DNA from: Mobula birostris
Lineage: Eukaryota
Direction of reading: 5' to 3'
DNA length: 64,000 nucleotides
Assembly (NCBI RefSeq): GCF_030028105.1
Contig: NC_092394.1
Location: 4,707,890 to 4,771,889, forward strand
The translations under genes were made by a program, and so were the position numbers. The notes under the pieces are model-generated. The model made no database searches, was not told the origin of the DNA, and was given only the letters and a program-made list of their open reading frames with translations. Of the stretch, positions 39,036 through 52,324 are shown piece by piece. Position 1 is the first letter of the stretch; each line of letters starts with the position of its first letter.

Positions 39036-40789
39036 CAAAAGTGTCAACTGAGTCCTTTATAGTTTTAGATATTGAATTCCACAGGTTAGGAGCGTAGTTC
39101 AAAAAAAGCTGACCTGCAAATTATCTTTTGATAGAGGTTGTTTAGATTGAAGGGAAGAATTTAAGGAAGAAGACCTAAGAGCTCAAGCAAGGTTATAAAA
39201 TTTTACAGATAAAATAAAGAAATGCGATAGAATTTACAATAAACTATACATAAACAAAGATTGACAATCAATGTGCAGAAGAAGAGAAGCTGTACAAATA
39301 CAAATAATTCTGAGATCATGAGTTGCAAAGAGCCCTTTAAAGTGAGTCTGTAAGTTGTAGCTGGAGGAACTCAGCAGTCAGGCAGCATCCACGGAGGGGA
39401 ATAAACCTTCATCAGAATTCAGGGGCTCAGACCAAAATATCAACTGTTTATTCCCACCCATAGGTGGTGCCTGATCTGCTGAGTTCCTCCAGCATTTTGC
39501 GTGTGTTGCTCTAGATTTCTTATATTTCTATATGTCATAGATCACAATCCCCATTCTCCACTCCTCCATCTGCCCATCACCCCTCCTCACCTGCCAGTTC
39601 TTGCCCCACCCTCTACTTCTTAGTCCAGATACGACACATTAGCTCTCCATAGACGCTGTCTGACACGTTGAGTTCATCCAGCACTTTGGTTTTGACTCAC
39701 CTCACCCTCCTCCATTGCAAAGAAAAGAACCCCGTCCATCTAATCTTGCAGATTTCTAATCTTGGTGACACCCTTGTAAATCTCTGCAACCTCTTCTGCC
39801 CAATCGCATCTTTCTACGTTTACACAATGTGTAAATCAATTCAGGGCTTGCTGGAAATGCTCGTTGAGTCACTCCATAGGTGGAGAGTGAAACATCGGGA
39901 ACATTTCACGGCAAAGACCAGGACGTGGATTCTGAATTTCAACGATTTTTGTGTCTATTTTTTCCTAGTTGTTCTTCTTCTTCCTTCTTTTGGTTAGAAC
40001 AAACTGATCTCATCTCGTGAATGTGGTAGTTTTTGGGTGGATTCAGACGTCATTTAGACAAGGGAAGTGGTCAGGGAGATGGTGCAGAGAGTCACCAGAC
40101 AGTGCTGGTGAAAGGAATTTGTCAAAGCAGAATTGTAATTCAGCCCGACCATGGCAAAAGGGGTCTTGCAAAGCAGTACTGGTGACAGGGAATGAAGGAG
40201 GCACCTTTGCCTATGGGCTGGTTCCAATGATTGATCGTATGTCTGTGTCTACATCTGTCAGCGTTACCCCTCAGTGACGGCAGGTGAGGTTTCTTGGTTT
40301 CTATAAAGATAATAATAATCAGAATCAGGTTTATTATCACTGACATATCGTATGCTGTGAAATGTGTTGTTTTGCGGCAGCAGAACAGTGCAATACAAAA
40401 TATTAAATGAGTAGTGGCAAAAAGAGAGCGGTGGTGAAAAAGTGTTCGTGGACAGTCAGAAATCCGATGGTGGAGGGGAAGAAGTTGTTCCTAAACTTGT
40501 TCTGTTTGTGGCCTCAGAATTCTGAGTTTTACTTGAAAGAGAGTTGGAATGTGGATTTTTGGAAAGTGGAGTTCCATATCGGTGGCCCTGGTGAGCAGGT
40601 CAGAGCGCAGGCTGCTGGGTTTCACGTCACCATGCCACAGGCAGGGAGCCAAGTGCAAGGAGTTGGTCTGTTATTGTCACATGTACAAAAGTGCAGTGAA
40701 GAACCTGCCTTTCACACTGATTAATTCATTACACAGTTCATCCAGGTCGTACACAGTAAAACAAGAATGTAGAGTGATGTCTAACAGAG

Positions 40790-41520
40790 CAACATGCACA
40801 ACATGCCGGAGGAACTCAGCAGGTCAGGCAGCGTCTATGGAGATGAACAAACTGTCAGCGTTTTGGGTTGAGACCCTTCAGAACTGGAAAAGAAGGGCAA
40901 AGATACCAGAATAAGAAGGTAGCGGGAGGAGAAGGAGGCTAGCTAGTAGGTGATAGGTGAAGCCAGGTGGGTGGCAAAGGTAAAGGGCTGGAGAAGAAGG
41001 AATCTACTGGAGAGGAGACTGGACCATGGGAGAAAGGGACAAAGGAGGGCCACCAAGGGAGAGTGATAGGCAGGAGAGGAGAAAGGTAAGAGGCCAGGTA
41101 GGGGAATAGAAGAGAGTAGTAGAGATATTTTTTACCAGAAGGAGAAATCGATGTTCATGCCATCGGGTTGGAGGCTACTCAGATGGAATATAAGATGTTG
41201 CTCCTCCACCCAGAGTGGCCTCATCATGACAGAACAGGGGGCCATAGACCGACTCGTCAGAACAGGAATGAGAATATGAATTAAAATGTTTGGCCAGTAG
41301 GAAATTCCACTTTTGGCAGATGGAATGGAGGTACTTGACAAGGCAGGCCCCCAGTTCATGTTGGGTCTCACCAACGTAAAGGAGGCTTTTAGAGCACTGG
41401 ATACAATAGACGACCCCAACAGATTAAAACTCTTGCTCATTTCCATAGATGCTGCCTAACCTGCTGAGTTCCTCCAGCATTTTGTGTGCGTTGCTCTGGG
41501 TTTTCAGCATCTGCAGAATT
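40790..41520. mobile_element. Penelope remnant with inverted terminal tails
   Basis: Minus-strand VEEQHLIFHLSSLQPDGMNIDFSFW, flanked by oppositely oriented ggaggaactcagc / gctgagttcctcc tails. Confidence 0.75.
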
Positions 41521-42959
41521 TTGTGTTAATGAAGTGTAACAGCTACAGAGAAAGTGCAATTTCAAAACGAGGTCAAAGGTCCATCTAATCAAAGCAGGGA
41601 ATCATTTGCTAGCCTGTTTACTGTTTACCTGTGCTATTCATTACATGAATTTTGAATCATATTCTATTAACTTATTTATGTGCTGTGTGTGATGTATGTT
41701 TTGTGGGTGCACCGTGGTCTGGAGGAACATAGCTTCATTTGGTTGTACAGCCAGATGACAATAAACTTGAACTTGTAACAGTGGGGTAGAAGCTGCCCTT
41801 GAGCCTGGGGGTACATACTTTCAGGGTTTAGTCTCTCACTGGGACACAAGAGAAGAGAAAATGTCCGAGGTGGGCGGGGAGGTCTTCTGTGGAATTCATT
41901 GCCACAGATCATTAAGCAGGCCAAGTCATTTGATATATTTAAAATGGAGGTTGATAGGTTCTTGATTAATAAGGGTATCAAAGGTTACAGGGAGAAGGCA
42001 GGAGCATGGAAGTGAGAGGGAAAATAAATCAGTCATGATGAAATTGCTGAGCAGTCTCGATGGCCCGAATTGCCTAATTTTCCTCTTATGTCTTTTGACT
42101 TTATGGCTGCTTTACTGAGGCAGAGGGAAGTGTAGACATGGAGGGGAGGCTGGTTTCTGTGACGTGCTGAGCTGTGTCCACAACTCTCTGCAGTTTCTTG
42201 TGATCACGCACAGAACAGTTGCCGTACCAAGCTGTGATGCATCCAGACAGGATGCTTTCAATGGTGCATCGATTAAAATTGGTGAGGGTCGACGGGGACA
42301 TTCCGAATGTCAGGCTTTCTCCAGCAGCGACCAGAACCAGGAGAACATAGGCTGCTGTGATAGAGGCAAGAACAGGGGAGTAGTTCCCTTTACACAATGA
42401 GATGTCGTGATCAGCTCGGCAAGCCAGACGTGGGTGAAGAGCAACACTGCAGAGCTGTGGAGGGCCAGTGCAGAAGTGAGAGTTTGTCCAGAGAGCCAAT
42501 GCTCACACAATGAGTGAACTGGCCTCTGTGTATTGTTCTAGGCAGCAAAGCAGTCCCTCAGCCCAACCCTCCAGCTGCTGGGAAAATAGTCTGTGTTGAC
42601 GAACATTACATCAAATTGCAATGACATCATTGTCATCACTGTGAGATGATGTATCTCAGGGTAATATACCATGACATTATGTACTTTGATAATGAACTCA
42701 CTTTGAACTTTGAATCACACTGGATACTGGCTGATGTGACATTAAGAGCTGTACATATATATATATAAATATACTCATATTAAAAAGTTAAATTTAATAA
42801 GTAGTGCAAAAAAGTTGTGAGGTAGTGTTCATGGGTTCAATCTCCACTCAGTAATCTGATGGCTGTGGGGAAGAAGCTTTTCCTGAATTGTTGAGCGTGA
42901 GTCTTCAGGCTCCTGTACCTCCACTCTGAAGGTAACAATGAGAAAAGGGCATGATCTGG

Positions 42960-43760
42960 GTGAAGGGGGTCCTGAACGATGGATCCTTTTTGAGGTGTCA
43001 TTCCTTAGAGATGTCCTGGATGCTGAGGGGGCTGGTGCCCACGATGGAGCTGACTGAGTTTACAACTTTCTGCAGCTTTTTTTGATCCAGTGCAGTGGCC
43101 CTCCATACCAGATGGTGATGCAGCCAATTAGAATGCTCTCCACAGTACATCCATAAAAATTTTACTATTGTCTTTGGTGACATACCAAATCTGCTCAAAC
43201 TCCTAATGAAATGTAGCTGCTGGTGTGCCTTCCTTGTAACTGCATCGATATTTTGGGCCCAGGTTAGATCCTCAGAGATGTTGACACCCAGGAACTTGAA
43301 ACTGCTCACTCTCTCCATTTCTGATCCCTCTAAGTGGACTGGTGTGTGTTCCCTTCTCTTACCCTTTCTGAAGTCCACAGTCAATTCTTTGGTCTTACTG
43401 ACGTTGAGTGCAAAATTTGTTGCTGTGACACCATTCAACCAGCTGATCTCTCTCTCTCTCCCCTGTATCCCTTCTCATCACCATCTGAAATTCTGCTAAC
43501 CATGGTTGAGTCTTCAGCAAATTTATAGATGGCCTTTGAGCTGTGCCTAGCCACACAGTCATGGGTGTAGAGAGAGTACGGCAGTGGGCTAAGCACACAT
43601 CCTTGAGGTGCATTAGGGAGGTAGAGATGTTATTTCCAATCTGCACAGTCTGTGGCCTTCCGGTGAGGAAGTCGAGGATCCAGTTGCAGAGGGAGGTACA
43701 GAGGCCCATGTTTTGGAGTTTTTCGATCAGGACTGCAGGAATCGTTGAATTAAATGCTGT
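42960..43760 (-). mobile_element. Rex1-like LINE RT fragment
   Basis: [45 protein letters not shown]. Confidence 0.85.
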
Positions 43761-44096
43761 TTAACAAAATTAGACCAGATTATACAGAGAGATATTTCTC
43801 TTTTAAAAGGTGCTTTCTAAGATATTTTGGTGAGCACCTACATAATTGCACAGTGAGGCTCATTGGGGTGAAAGGGTCTGTGACCATGTTGTATCTCCAA
43901 ATGAAAGAGGAATCATGGCAGATCATTGTATCAAAACTGACAATGAGAGAGCTCGACATGGTTTATTTGTGTATAGTGGGTTGTAACCAAGAACTCATGG
44001 GAAAGGTTACACTGACTTTATAGAGCATTAGAGTAATACAGCACAGAAAGAGGCCCTTCAGCCCATCTCACCTGTGATAGCTCCAGTCATTCTGAA

Positions 44097-45160
44097 TTGG
44101 CAACAACATCTCCTCCACAATCTCCATCAGCAAAGATGCACCACAAGGCTGTGTGCTTAGCCCTCTGCTCTACTTGCTTTACACTTACAGCTCCAATGGC
44201 ATACTCAAGTTTGCTGGCGACACCACTATCGCAGGCCGTATCAAAGGTGGTGACAAATCAGCATATAGGAGGGAGACTGAAAATCTGGTTGAGTGGTGTC
44301 ATAACAACAACCTCTCACTCAAAATCAGCAGGACGAGGGAGATGATTATTGACTTCAGGAGGAGAAACTGGAGGTCGATGAGCTAGTCCTCATCGGGGTA
44401 TCAGAGGTGGAGAGGGTCAGCAACTTTAAATTCCTCGGTGTTATTATTTCAGAGGAGCTGTTCTTGGTTCAGCAAATAAGTGCAATTAGGAAGAAAGCAC
44501 GGCAGCATCTCTACTTTCTTAGAAATTTCTGAAGATTTGGCATGACATCAAAAACTTTGACAAACTTCTCTAGATGTGCAATGGAGAGTATATTGACTTG
44601 GTTGCATCACAGCCTAGTTCGGAAACACCAATGCCCTTGAATGGAAGATCCTACGAAAAGCAGCGGATACAGCCCAGTCCATCATGGGTAAAGCCCCCCT
44701 CCATTGAGAACATCCACACAGAGCACTGTTGCAGGAAAGCAGCATCCATCGTCAGGGACCCCCACCACCCAGGCCATGCTCTCTTCTCACTGCTGCCATC
44801 AGGAAGCAGATACAGGAGCCTCAGGACTCACACCACCAGGTTCAGGAACAGTTATTACCTCTCAAACATCAGGCTCTTGCACCGGCATGGATAACTTCAG
44901 TCACCCACACAATGAACTGATCCCACAACCTGTGGGCTCACTTTCTTGTACTCGACAACTCGTGTTCTCAGTATTATTTTCTATTTGCACAGTTTGTCTT
45001 CTTTTGCACATTGGTTATTTGTCAGTCTTTGTGTCTAGTTTTTCATTGACAATTCTATTATGTTTCTCAGTTCTACTGTGGCTGCTTGCAAGAAAATGAA
45101 TTTCAAGGTTGTATATAGTGACATGTACGTACTTTGATGATAAATTTACTTTGAACTTTT
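44097..45160 (+). mobile_element. Rex1-like LINE 3' fragment
   Basis: LSPLLYLLYT, KFAGDTTI, DPHHPGHALFSLLPSGSRYRSLRTHTTRFRNSYY. Confidence 0.85.
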
Positions 45161-46333
45161 GATCTGGACACCTGGACGTGCTGTTCCTTCCTGTACTGGT
45201 TTCATTATTGTAGCCATAAGAATGTTTGTCCGTTTATTTTATTTTGGGTAAAATTTTCCAAGCTTCACAGGGAAGGTGTCTCTCCCCTTCGAGATTCTCT
45301 CAGTCACACAGAGCTTTTCCTGTTTTGTCCTGTTCTCTCACTGACTCAAGGCAACTCGCAAACAATAAAGACTTTACTTATCTCAGAGTCACGGGTCCAG
45401 CCTCAGCCATGACTCCTCACCACAGGCAGCTCCTTTTATAGGATAGCGATTAGCACCACACTATTGCGGCTCGGAGGATCGGAGTTCCCATTTCAATTCC
45501 ATTGCCGCCTGCAAGGAGTTTTTTACATTCTTCCCGTGACTGCGTGGGATTCCTCCGAGTGCTCCAGTTTCCTCCACGTTCCAAAGACGTACCAGTGAGT
45601 CGGTGAATTGGTCATTGCAAATTGTCCTGTGATTAGACTAGGGTTAATCACAGAGTTGCTGGTTGGCATGGCTCGTTGGTCAGAAGGGTCTGGTCCTCGC
45701 TGTATCTCTAAATAAATAAATCAAGCCTCCACAAACCCTCCCTTGCACCGAGACTTTGGTGAGCCGAGTCCACTGTTGCGTAGACATCCATCAACACCAC
45801 AGGCATTTTAGTCTATCACTCGTTAGGCTGTCCCATGTCCCGCAGTGTCTGAGAGTTTCCTTTGCAACTTCAGCTGATTTCCAACAAAATACATTTTGGA
45901 GATGGACAGGTGTGTTGTGTAGATCAGTGCCGGATACTAGATGTAATGACAAGTCATATAAAACTTCTATATCTGGAACCAACTGGATGTTTATTTAATT
46001 AGAGATTCAGCACGGTTAGAGACTCTTTCCAGCCCAACGAGCCTGTACTGCCCAGTTACATCCTTGTGACCAATTAACCCATAGAGCTTTGGAATGCGGG
46101 AGGAAACTGGAGCACCTTGGGGAAACACAGAAGGTCACGGGGAGAGCGTACAAACACCTTGTGGACAGTGGCGGGAGTTGAACCTGGGTCGCTGGCGCTG
46201 TCATGCCGATACGATACTGTGCAGAGTTTTTGAGTTTAATTCTCCAGTATGTGTTTTAATTGAATTTACTTTTTTGCTTCTTGTTTTTCTTTTACAAGTC
46301 ATCTGATAGAGACTCTATCCCTGCCACCATTAC

Positions 46334-46632
46334 ATGCATCAGTGGACCCGTGGCGCTGGGATGAAGCGCCTAGCCAGTGAGGAGGACACCACTGCTGAAA
46401 TCACGCTGAGCGCTGACACAGACGAGGTTTTCATTGACGATGAGGAGCTGGACGATCCTTGCTCCTCCCCGGGGCAGTCCGCAGCGGCCAAGGGCATCAC
46501 TGAACGTCAGAAGAGGGCACCTCGTCAGTATCACTTTCGTGAGAATGATGGCTTGAAAACCAAGGTGCCCATGGACTCCTTTTACCCAACGTCACAGAAA
46601 AAAACTGTCCGATCGCACCAGAAGATGGAAAA
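46334..46632 (+). CDS. TRPV1: TRPV1-type channel, first coding exon (start at M 46334 or MKRLAS at 46361)
   Basis: Strong acceptor at 46298, in-frame stop upstream at 46304, donor AA|gtaagt. Acidic N-terminus with a PMDS motif. Phase 2 joins the next exon. Confidence 0.78.
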
Positions 46633-46657
46633 GTAAGTAGTAATATAATAATAGTAA

Positions 46658-47140
46658 TAAAGGACACCATCCCTCACTGTAAATACAAGCCTGATCCAGG
46701 CTTAGAGTCAGAGTCCCATAAATTATATTACCACCGATCCCTTATTATAGATAGGACAATCCATAGTAATACCGGATAAACAAGCAAGGACAACTTTCTT
46801 AGCAGATGCAGCCATTCCAAAGACACATAACATGCAGAAATCAGTAAGTGAAAAACACTGGAAATATGCTGAATTAAAAAAGGAAATTGAAAGACTTTGG
46901 ACAATGTATACTTTGGGTATATATTGTCCCAATAGTAATAACAACAACTGGTATCATCCCAAAGTCACTACACAATAGCATTAAACAATTAAGGCTACAC
47001 AATAAAATCTATGTCAATCTCCAGAGAGCCACAATACCAAGCACCACTACGATAGTCCAAAAGTTCCTAGCAATTGAGAAATGAGTGTGCTTGGCTATGC
47101 TCATGCCTCAGGATTTACCAGCTTGAGCTGAGAGAAAATG
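46658..47140 (+). mobile_element. R4/Dong-clade non-LTR retrotransposon 3' fragment (restriction-like endonuclease domain)
   Basis: KYKPDPGLESESHKLYY..SLIIDRTIHSN, DKQARTTFLADAAIPKTHN...EKHWKYAELKKEIERLW, IVPIVITTTGIIPK...LQRATI..TTTIVQKFL*. TAA-rich flank at 46634-46660. Confidence 0.8.
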
Positions 47141-47199
47141 AAAATACTAATTTATTTACAGAGCACTTTTCATTCAGGCAATATACTTTCAAGTAGTGA

Positions 47200-47970
47200 T
47201 GCAGCCAGTCAGAATGCTTCCAAGAAACAGCTATAGAAGTTTTCCAGTGTTTCAGTTGACAAACCAAATCCCTTCAAACTCCTAATGAAATATAGCCGTG
47301 GTCTTGCCTTCTTTATAGCTGCATTGATATGCTGGGACCAAGTTAGGTCCTCAGAGATCTTGACAACCAGGAACTTGAAACTGCTCACTCTCTCCATTTC
47401 TGATCCCTCTGTGAGGACTGGTTCCTGTTCCTTTGTCCTCTCTTTCCTGAAGTCCACAACAGCTCTTTTGACTTACTGACATTGAGTACAAGGTTGTTGC
47501 TGTGACACCACTCAACTAGCTGGTGTATCTCGCTCCTGTACACCCTCTCATCTCCATCTGAGATTCGACCAACAATAGTTGTATTGTTAGCAACTTTAGT
47601 ATTTGAGCTATACCTTGCCACACAGTCATGGGTATAGAGAGAGTAGAGCAGTGGGCTAAGCACACATCCCTGAGGTGTACCAGTGTTGTCAGTGGGGTGG
47701 AGATGTTATTCCGATCCACACAGACTGTGGTCTTCTGATTAGGAAGTCGAGGATCCAGTTGCAGAGGGAGGTACAGAGGCCCAGGATCTGTAGCTTATTG
47801 TTCAAGACTATGGGACTGATGCTGTTAAACACTAACCTATAGTCAATGAACAGCATCCTAACATTGGTGTTTGCATTGTCCAGGTGATCTAAGGCTGTGT
47901 GAAGAGCCATTGAGAATGCACCTGCCTTAGATCTATTGTGGCAATAGGCAAATTGCAGTGGGTCCAGTGG
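47200..47970 (-). mobile_element. Rex1-like LINE RT fragment
   Basis: [52 protein letters not shown]. Confidence 0.85.
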
Positions 47971-49541
47971 ACCATTGAAGGGACCAGTGCGAGAAGACCC
48001 GAGAATTGAGCAGAATTATAAAACAAAAGTGATTAGGTGATTTACTCTGGCCCCAGATCACTGAGAGCTTTAAAAACAAGAAAGAGAACTTTAAAATAAA
48101 TTCTAAGAGATACAGGAAGCCAATACAGAGTAGCTAGGAGGGAAGTGATATTCCCTCATCCTGGTTTAAGTTAAAAGTGGGCATGGTTTTTCCAACAACA
48201 GAGGAGAATGAGATCACCAGTTAGTTTAATGGTTTATAACTGTCACACAAACTGAGATACAGTGAAAAGCCCAAATGTCGACTGCCTACTTGCCTCCTTA
48301 GATGCTGCCCAAACTGCAGAGTTTCTCCAGCATTTTGTGTGTGTTGCTCTGGGTTTACAGCATCTGTAGAATCTCTTGTGTTTATGAAGGGTTTTATATA
48401 ACTAATTCATGGTTATTGGTCGAAGATGCTCAGTATACACAACGTTCATAAGTTAAACACAGGAAAAAAATAGAATTAGAACAGAAAACAAAGTCTATTT
48501 TAGTACAAAGTGGTCAAAGTAAAAATATCCGATTCCTTCTTCAGCCCTTTCCCTCTTCCACCCATCACCTCCCATCTTCTTTCTTCGTCCCCCCCTCCCC
48601 CACTCTCCCACCGACCTTCCCTCTCAGCTGATCTCACCTCTCACCTTTCAGCTTTAACTCCTCTCCCCCCCCCACCTTCCCATTCCAGCTTCTTCTCCCT
48701 CCTTTCCAGTCCTGATGAAGGGCCTCAGCCCAAAACATTCACCGTTTATTCCCCTGCACAGCTGCTGCCTGACCTGCTGAGTTTCTCCATTATTTTGAGT
48801 GTGTGTGCAGCCAACACTCTTTATTTACCTACTGACATGTAATTCAGAATAAACCTCTTGAGCCGTGCCACCCAGCAATCCTCTGATTTAATCCTACCCT
48901 AATCACGGGACAATTTACAACGACCAATTAACCTACTAACTGGTACGTCTTTGGACTGTGGGAGGAAACGGGAGCACCCGGAGGAAACCCATGCGGTCAC
49001 GGGGGTATGTACAAACTCCTTACGGACAGCAGCAGGAACTGAACCCAGGTCACAGGTACTGTAGTGCAGGTCACTACACTACCGTGCTGCCCCTGTTTGT
49101 GTATCGGAAGGAACTTGAGGTCCATATCCACAGACTGTTCAGAGAAGATGCTGAAGTTGACAGGGTGGATAAGAAGGCATATGGTGTGTTGGCCTTCATA
49201 AGCCTGAGGATTGGGTTCAAGAACTGCAAGGTAATGTTGCAGCTCTATAAAACTCTGGGTTAGACCACACTTGCAGAATTGTGTTCAGTTCTGGTCACTT
49301 CATTATAGGAAGGATGTGGAAGCTTTAGAGAGGGTGCTGCTAGGTACCTCATTGCCAGGGGTGTTACAAGAGGCAGGTTCATTAGGGAACCCTGCTTTCA
49401 AGTTTGAGCTTTCAAAGTGAATCACTCTACATTTTTACTGATTGACCATGCAGGGATTTGAAAGCAACTGTAATATTTAAAAGCATTGAGGGGTTGCCGG
49501 ACCAGAAGCCTGTTTTATAAAGCATCGCTTGTTGTTATCAG

Positions 49542-49711
49542 GAGCCAGTCCCCGGATTTGGACCAGGGCAAAGAGTGGAATTCAGTGCCCAGTCTGTACA
49601 AGCGACATTGGCTGTTCGAAGTGGTGTCCAAGGGTGACGCACCTGCATTTGATGGATTCCTACAGTACCTGATCCAAAACAACAAACGCCTTACTGACTG
49701 GGAGTTCAGAG
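49542..49711 (+). CDS. TRPV1: TRPV1 coding exon 2 (start of ankyrin repeat 1)
   Basis: tatcag|...SLYKRHWLFEVVSKGD...FLQYLIQNNKRLTDWEFR|gtacgc; 170 nt, phase 2/1. Confidence 0.9.
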
Positions 49712-50276
49712 GTACGCTCCGCACCGGGTTCCCTTCCCACCTGGGTCCACACCAGCTGTCAATGTGCACATTTCTAGAGCAACTTGGACATCCCCAGAGA
49801 GTTCCATGGTGATTTGCGGCAACTCCCTCATCACTCCTCCCACAGTACTACCCCTCCCCTGTGTAATGCTCTCTCTCTCTCTCTCTCGTGAATGGGGGTA
49901 ATTGGCTGTGCTATTGAATCTTTACTGAAGAATTGAGGTCACAGTATTGAGCCTCTGGAATAGGAGGGGTCTCAATGGGGTCAGGATCACCTCCGTCCTG
50001 TAATGCGGAGAGTCTCGCAGGGTTGGGGGGGGGAGGAGGGGCAAAACAGATCCAGGGATATTGGGATCCGTGTGGACTCCAACACCAGTAGATGGAACGA
50101 CGAATTCTGTGACCGGCTCTCCATTGGGCAGGCACTGCGGTCTGTCTTGGTGGATGGAGTTATTATGTAGGAGGTTTGGTGTACGATTACAGATGCTACG
50201 TAAAGGTCGCTGTTGCCTAACACAGCTTACAGAGGGATCTAGGGGTCACTTACAGAAGTGGCTACATTAGTGTATG

Positions 50277-50626
50277 CAGACATCCCACCATGCAAAAACT
50301 CATTTCAGGGAGGTAGCACCATTAATTTGCAGGAGACTCCCGGAACTTCTGTGATAGGTGGGATGTCTGCAATAGCAGCTAGCCAGCTAGTTTAAATAAC
50401 GTTAGCTATGCTAATGAACAAATGACACTTGTTAAACTCACCTCAACATGTCTTTTACAGTCTTAACCCACCATGGACAATAGAAAAGTCACTGTTGCAA
50501 ACAGTGCAGCGAGCAACGCTGTCATTATCTTGACCCTTTTTAGGTAGGGGTACACTTTAGTCTGGGGTGACGCACGTTTCATATTTACTTTTTTTGGAAC
50601 ACTCTGCCATGGTGTGCGTTCATACA

Positions 50627-50684
<58 letters not shown>

Positions 50685-50824
50685 GTCGCTCTCGCTTGCT
50701 TTCTCTTGCTGGCTCGCTCTCAAAAAAAATTAATTTCCATGGTATTGTATAATTTGCAGGCATCAGGGAGCCACTATTAATATGCGGTAGACTCCCAGAA
50801 CTTGCGGGAGAGGTGGGATGTCTG
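50277..50824. mobile_element. Non-autonomous TIR DNA transposon (MITE) with internal (CT)n
   Basis: Perfect 13-bp TIR cagacatcccacc / ggtgggatgtctg, flanked on both sides by gtgtatg. Internal ~55-bp direct repeat of the right end at ~50315-50369. Confidence 0.8.
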
Positions 50825-51249
50825 GTGTATGGTATGTGTGGCTTCACTGGTAGGGGTGCTGAGTATGGCAGTAAGGAGTTTTATCAGTTCAAAGTACACC
50901 TATTATCAAAATTTACAACCTTGAGATTCGTCTCCTAACAGGCAGCCACAAAACAAAGAAACCCAAAAGAACCCCCAAAAAATGACCATCAGACACCCCG
51001 ATGTGGAGAGAGTAGAAAAAAACAAATGATAAAAACAATAACCGTAGGCAAATAGCATTCTGAACTGAAGTCCATAGAGAGGGTCCAAGATTCCTAGTTC
51101 AGTGCAGGGCCAAGTAAATGTCAAAGAGCAGCGAGCTAAACCAGCCCATCACTCAGCTCAGGCCTTGACACCCTGACCTTTTCAATCTGACCTGGCATCT
51201 AAACCATCATCCACTTCAATAAGCTCTGGGGCCTGGACCCCACTGCTTC

Positions 51250-51736
51250 AATTCGGCCTGTACCTGACCTTTCCGATTCGGCCTGTACCCGACCTTTCTG
51301 ATTCGGCCCGTACCTGACCTTTCCGATTCGGCCTGTACCCGACCTTTCTGATTCGGCCTGTACCTGACCTTTCCGATTCGGCCTGTACCTGACCTTTCTG
51401 ATTCGGCCCGTACCTGACCTTTCCGATTCGGCCTGTACCCGACCTTTCTGATTCGGCCTGTACCTGACCTTTCCGATTCGGCCTGTACCTGACCTTTCCG
51501 ATTCGGCCTGTACCCGACCTTTCCGATTCGGCCCGTACCTGACCTTTCCGATTCGGCCTGTACCCAACCTTTCCGAATTGGGCCGTAACTGACCTTTCTG
51601 AATCGGCCTGTACCCGACCTTTCCGATTCAGCCTGTACCCGACCTTTCCGATTCGGCCTGTACCCCGACCTTTCCGATTCAGCCTGTACCCGACCTTTCC
51701 GATTCAGCCTGTACCCGACCTTTCCGATTCGGCCTG
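51250..51736. repeat. 25-bp minisatellite, about 19 copies
   Basis: Unit gacctttccgattcggcctgtacc(c/t). Confidence 0.95.
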
Positions 51737-52324
51737 GCGCTTAAACTGATCGAACCTCGCTCTCGGCAACGGGCCTGCTGCCTCGCCTCAGTCCTGCCAC
51801 ATTGAATTGCTTCCAGGTCTAAAGGGAAGTTACAGGCTATTGCTTGTGATGATCATTTGCCAGAAAATGAGTGATTAACAAAGTGTTTAGTTGTTTTCCT
51901 TGTTTCATCTGCCACCAGCCAGAAGTCGCCGAGGTTCATCAGCACCATCTGAAACTTTAGTCAGACTGTACTTAGCACATTGTGTGCAGTCTTGGTCAGT
52001 CCATTATAGGAAGGCTGTGAGGAATACAGAAATGTATAAGAGAGGCAGTACAATAACAGAGCAGTTAGTGTAACACTATTGTAGGTTTTTGCAAATAAAA
52101 TGAATTGAGACATTTTATGTTTAATGAAACCTGAACACCTTTGATTGAACTGCAAAACCTACATTCAAAAGCATGCTAAAACTCTTCATAAAAAAACTTC
52201 ATCAGGTCAGACCAGCCTCTTAAAGTGAAACCACAACTCATGTCAGTTGTTGTGAATTATATACATTTCTTCCAATTATGTTACCCTACACAGTACCCCT
52301 ACCCTACACAGTACCCCCCCCCCA

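Noticed and set aside
51199-51567. Repetitive Arg/Gly-rich protein
   Set aside because: Artefact of a 25-bp minisatellite read through three phases.
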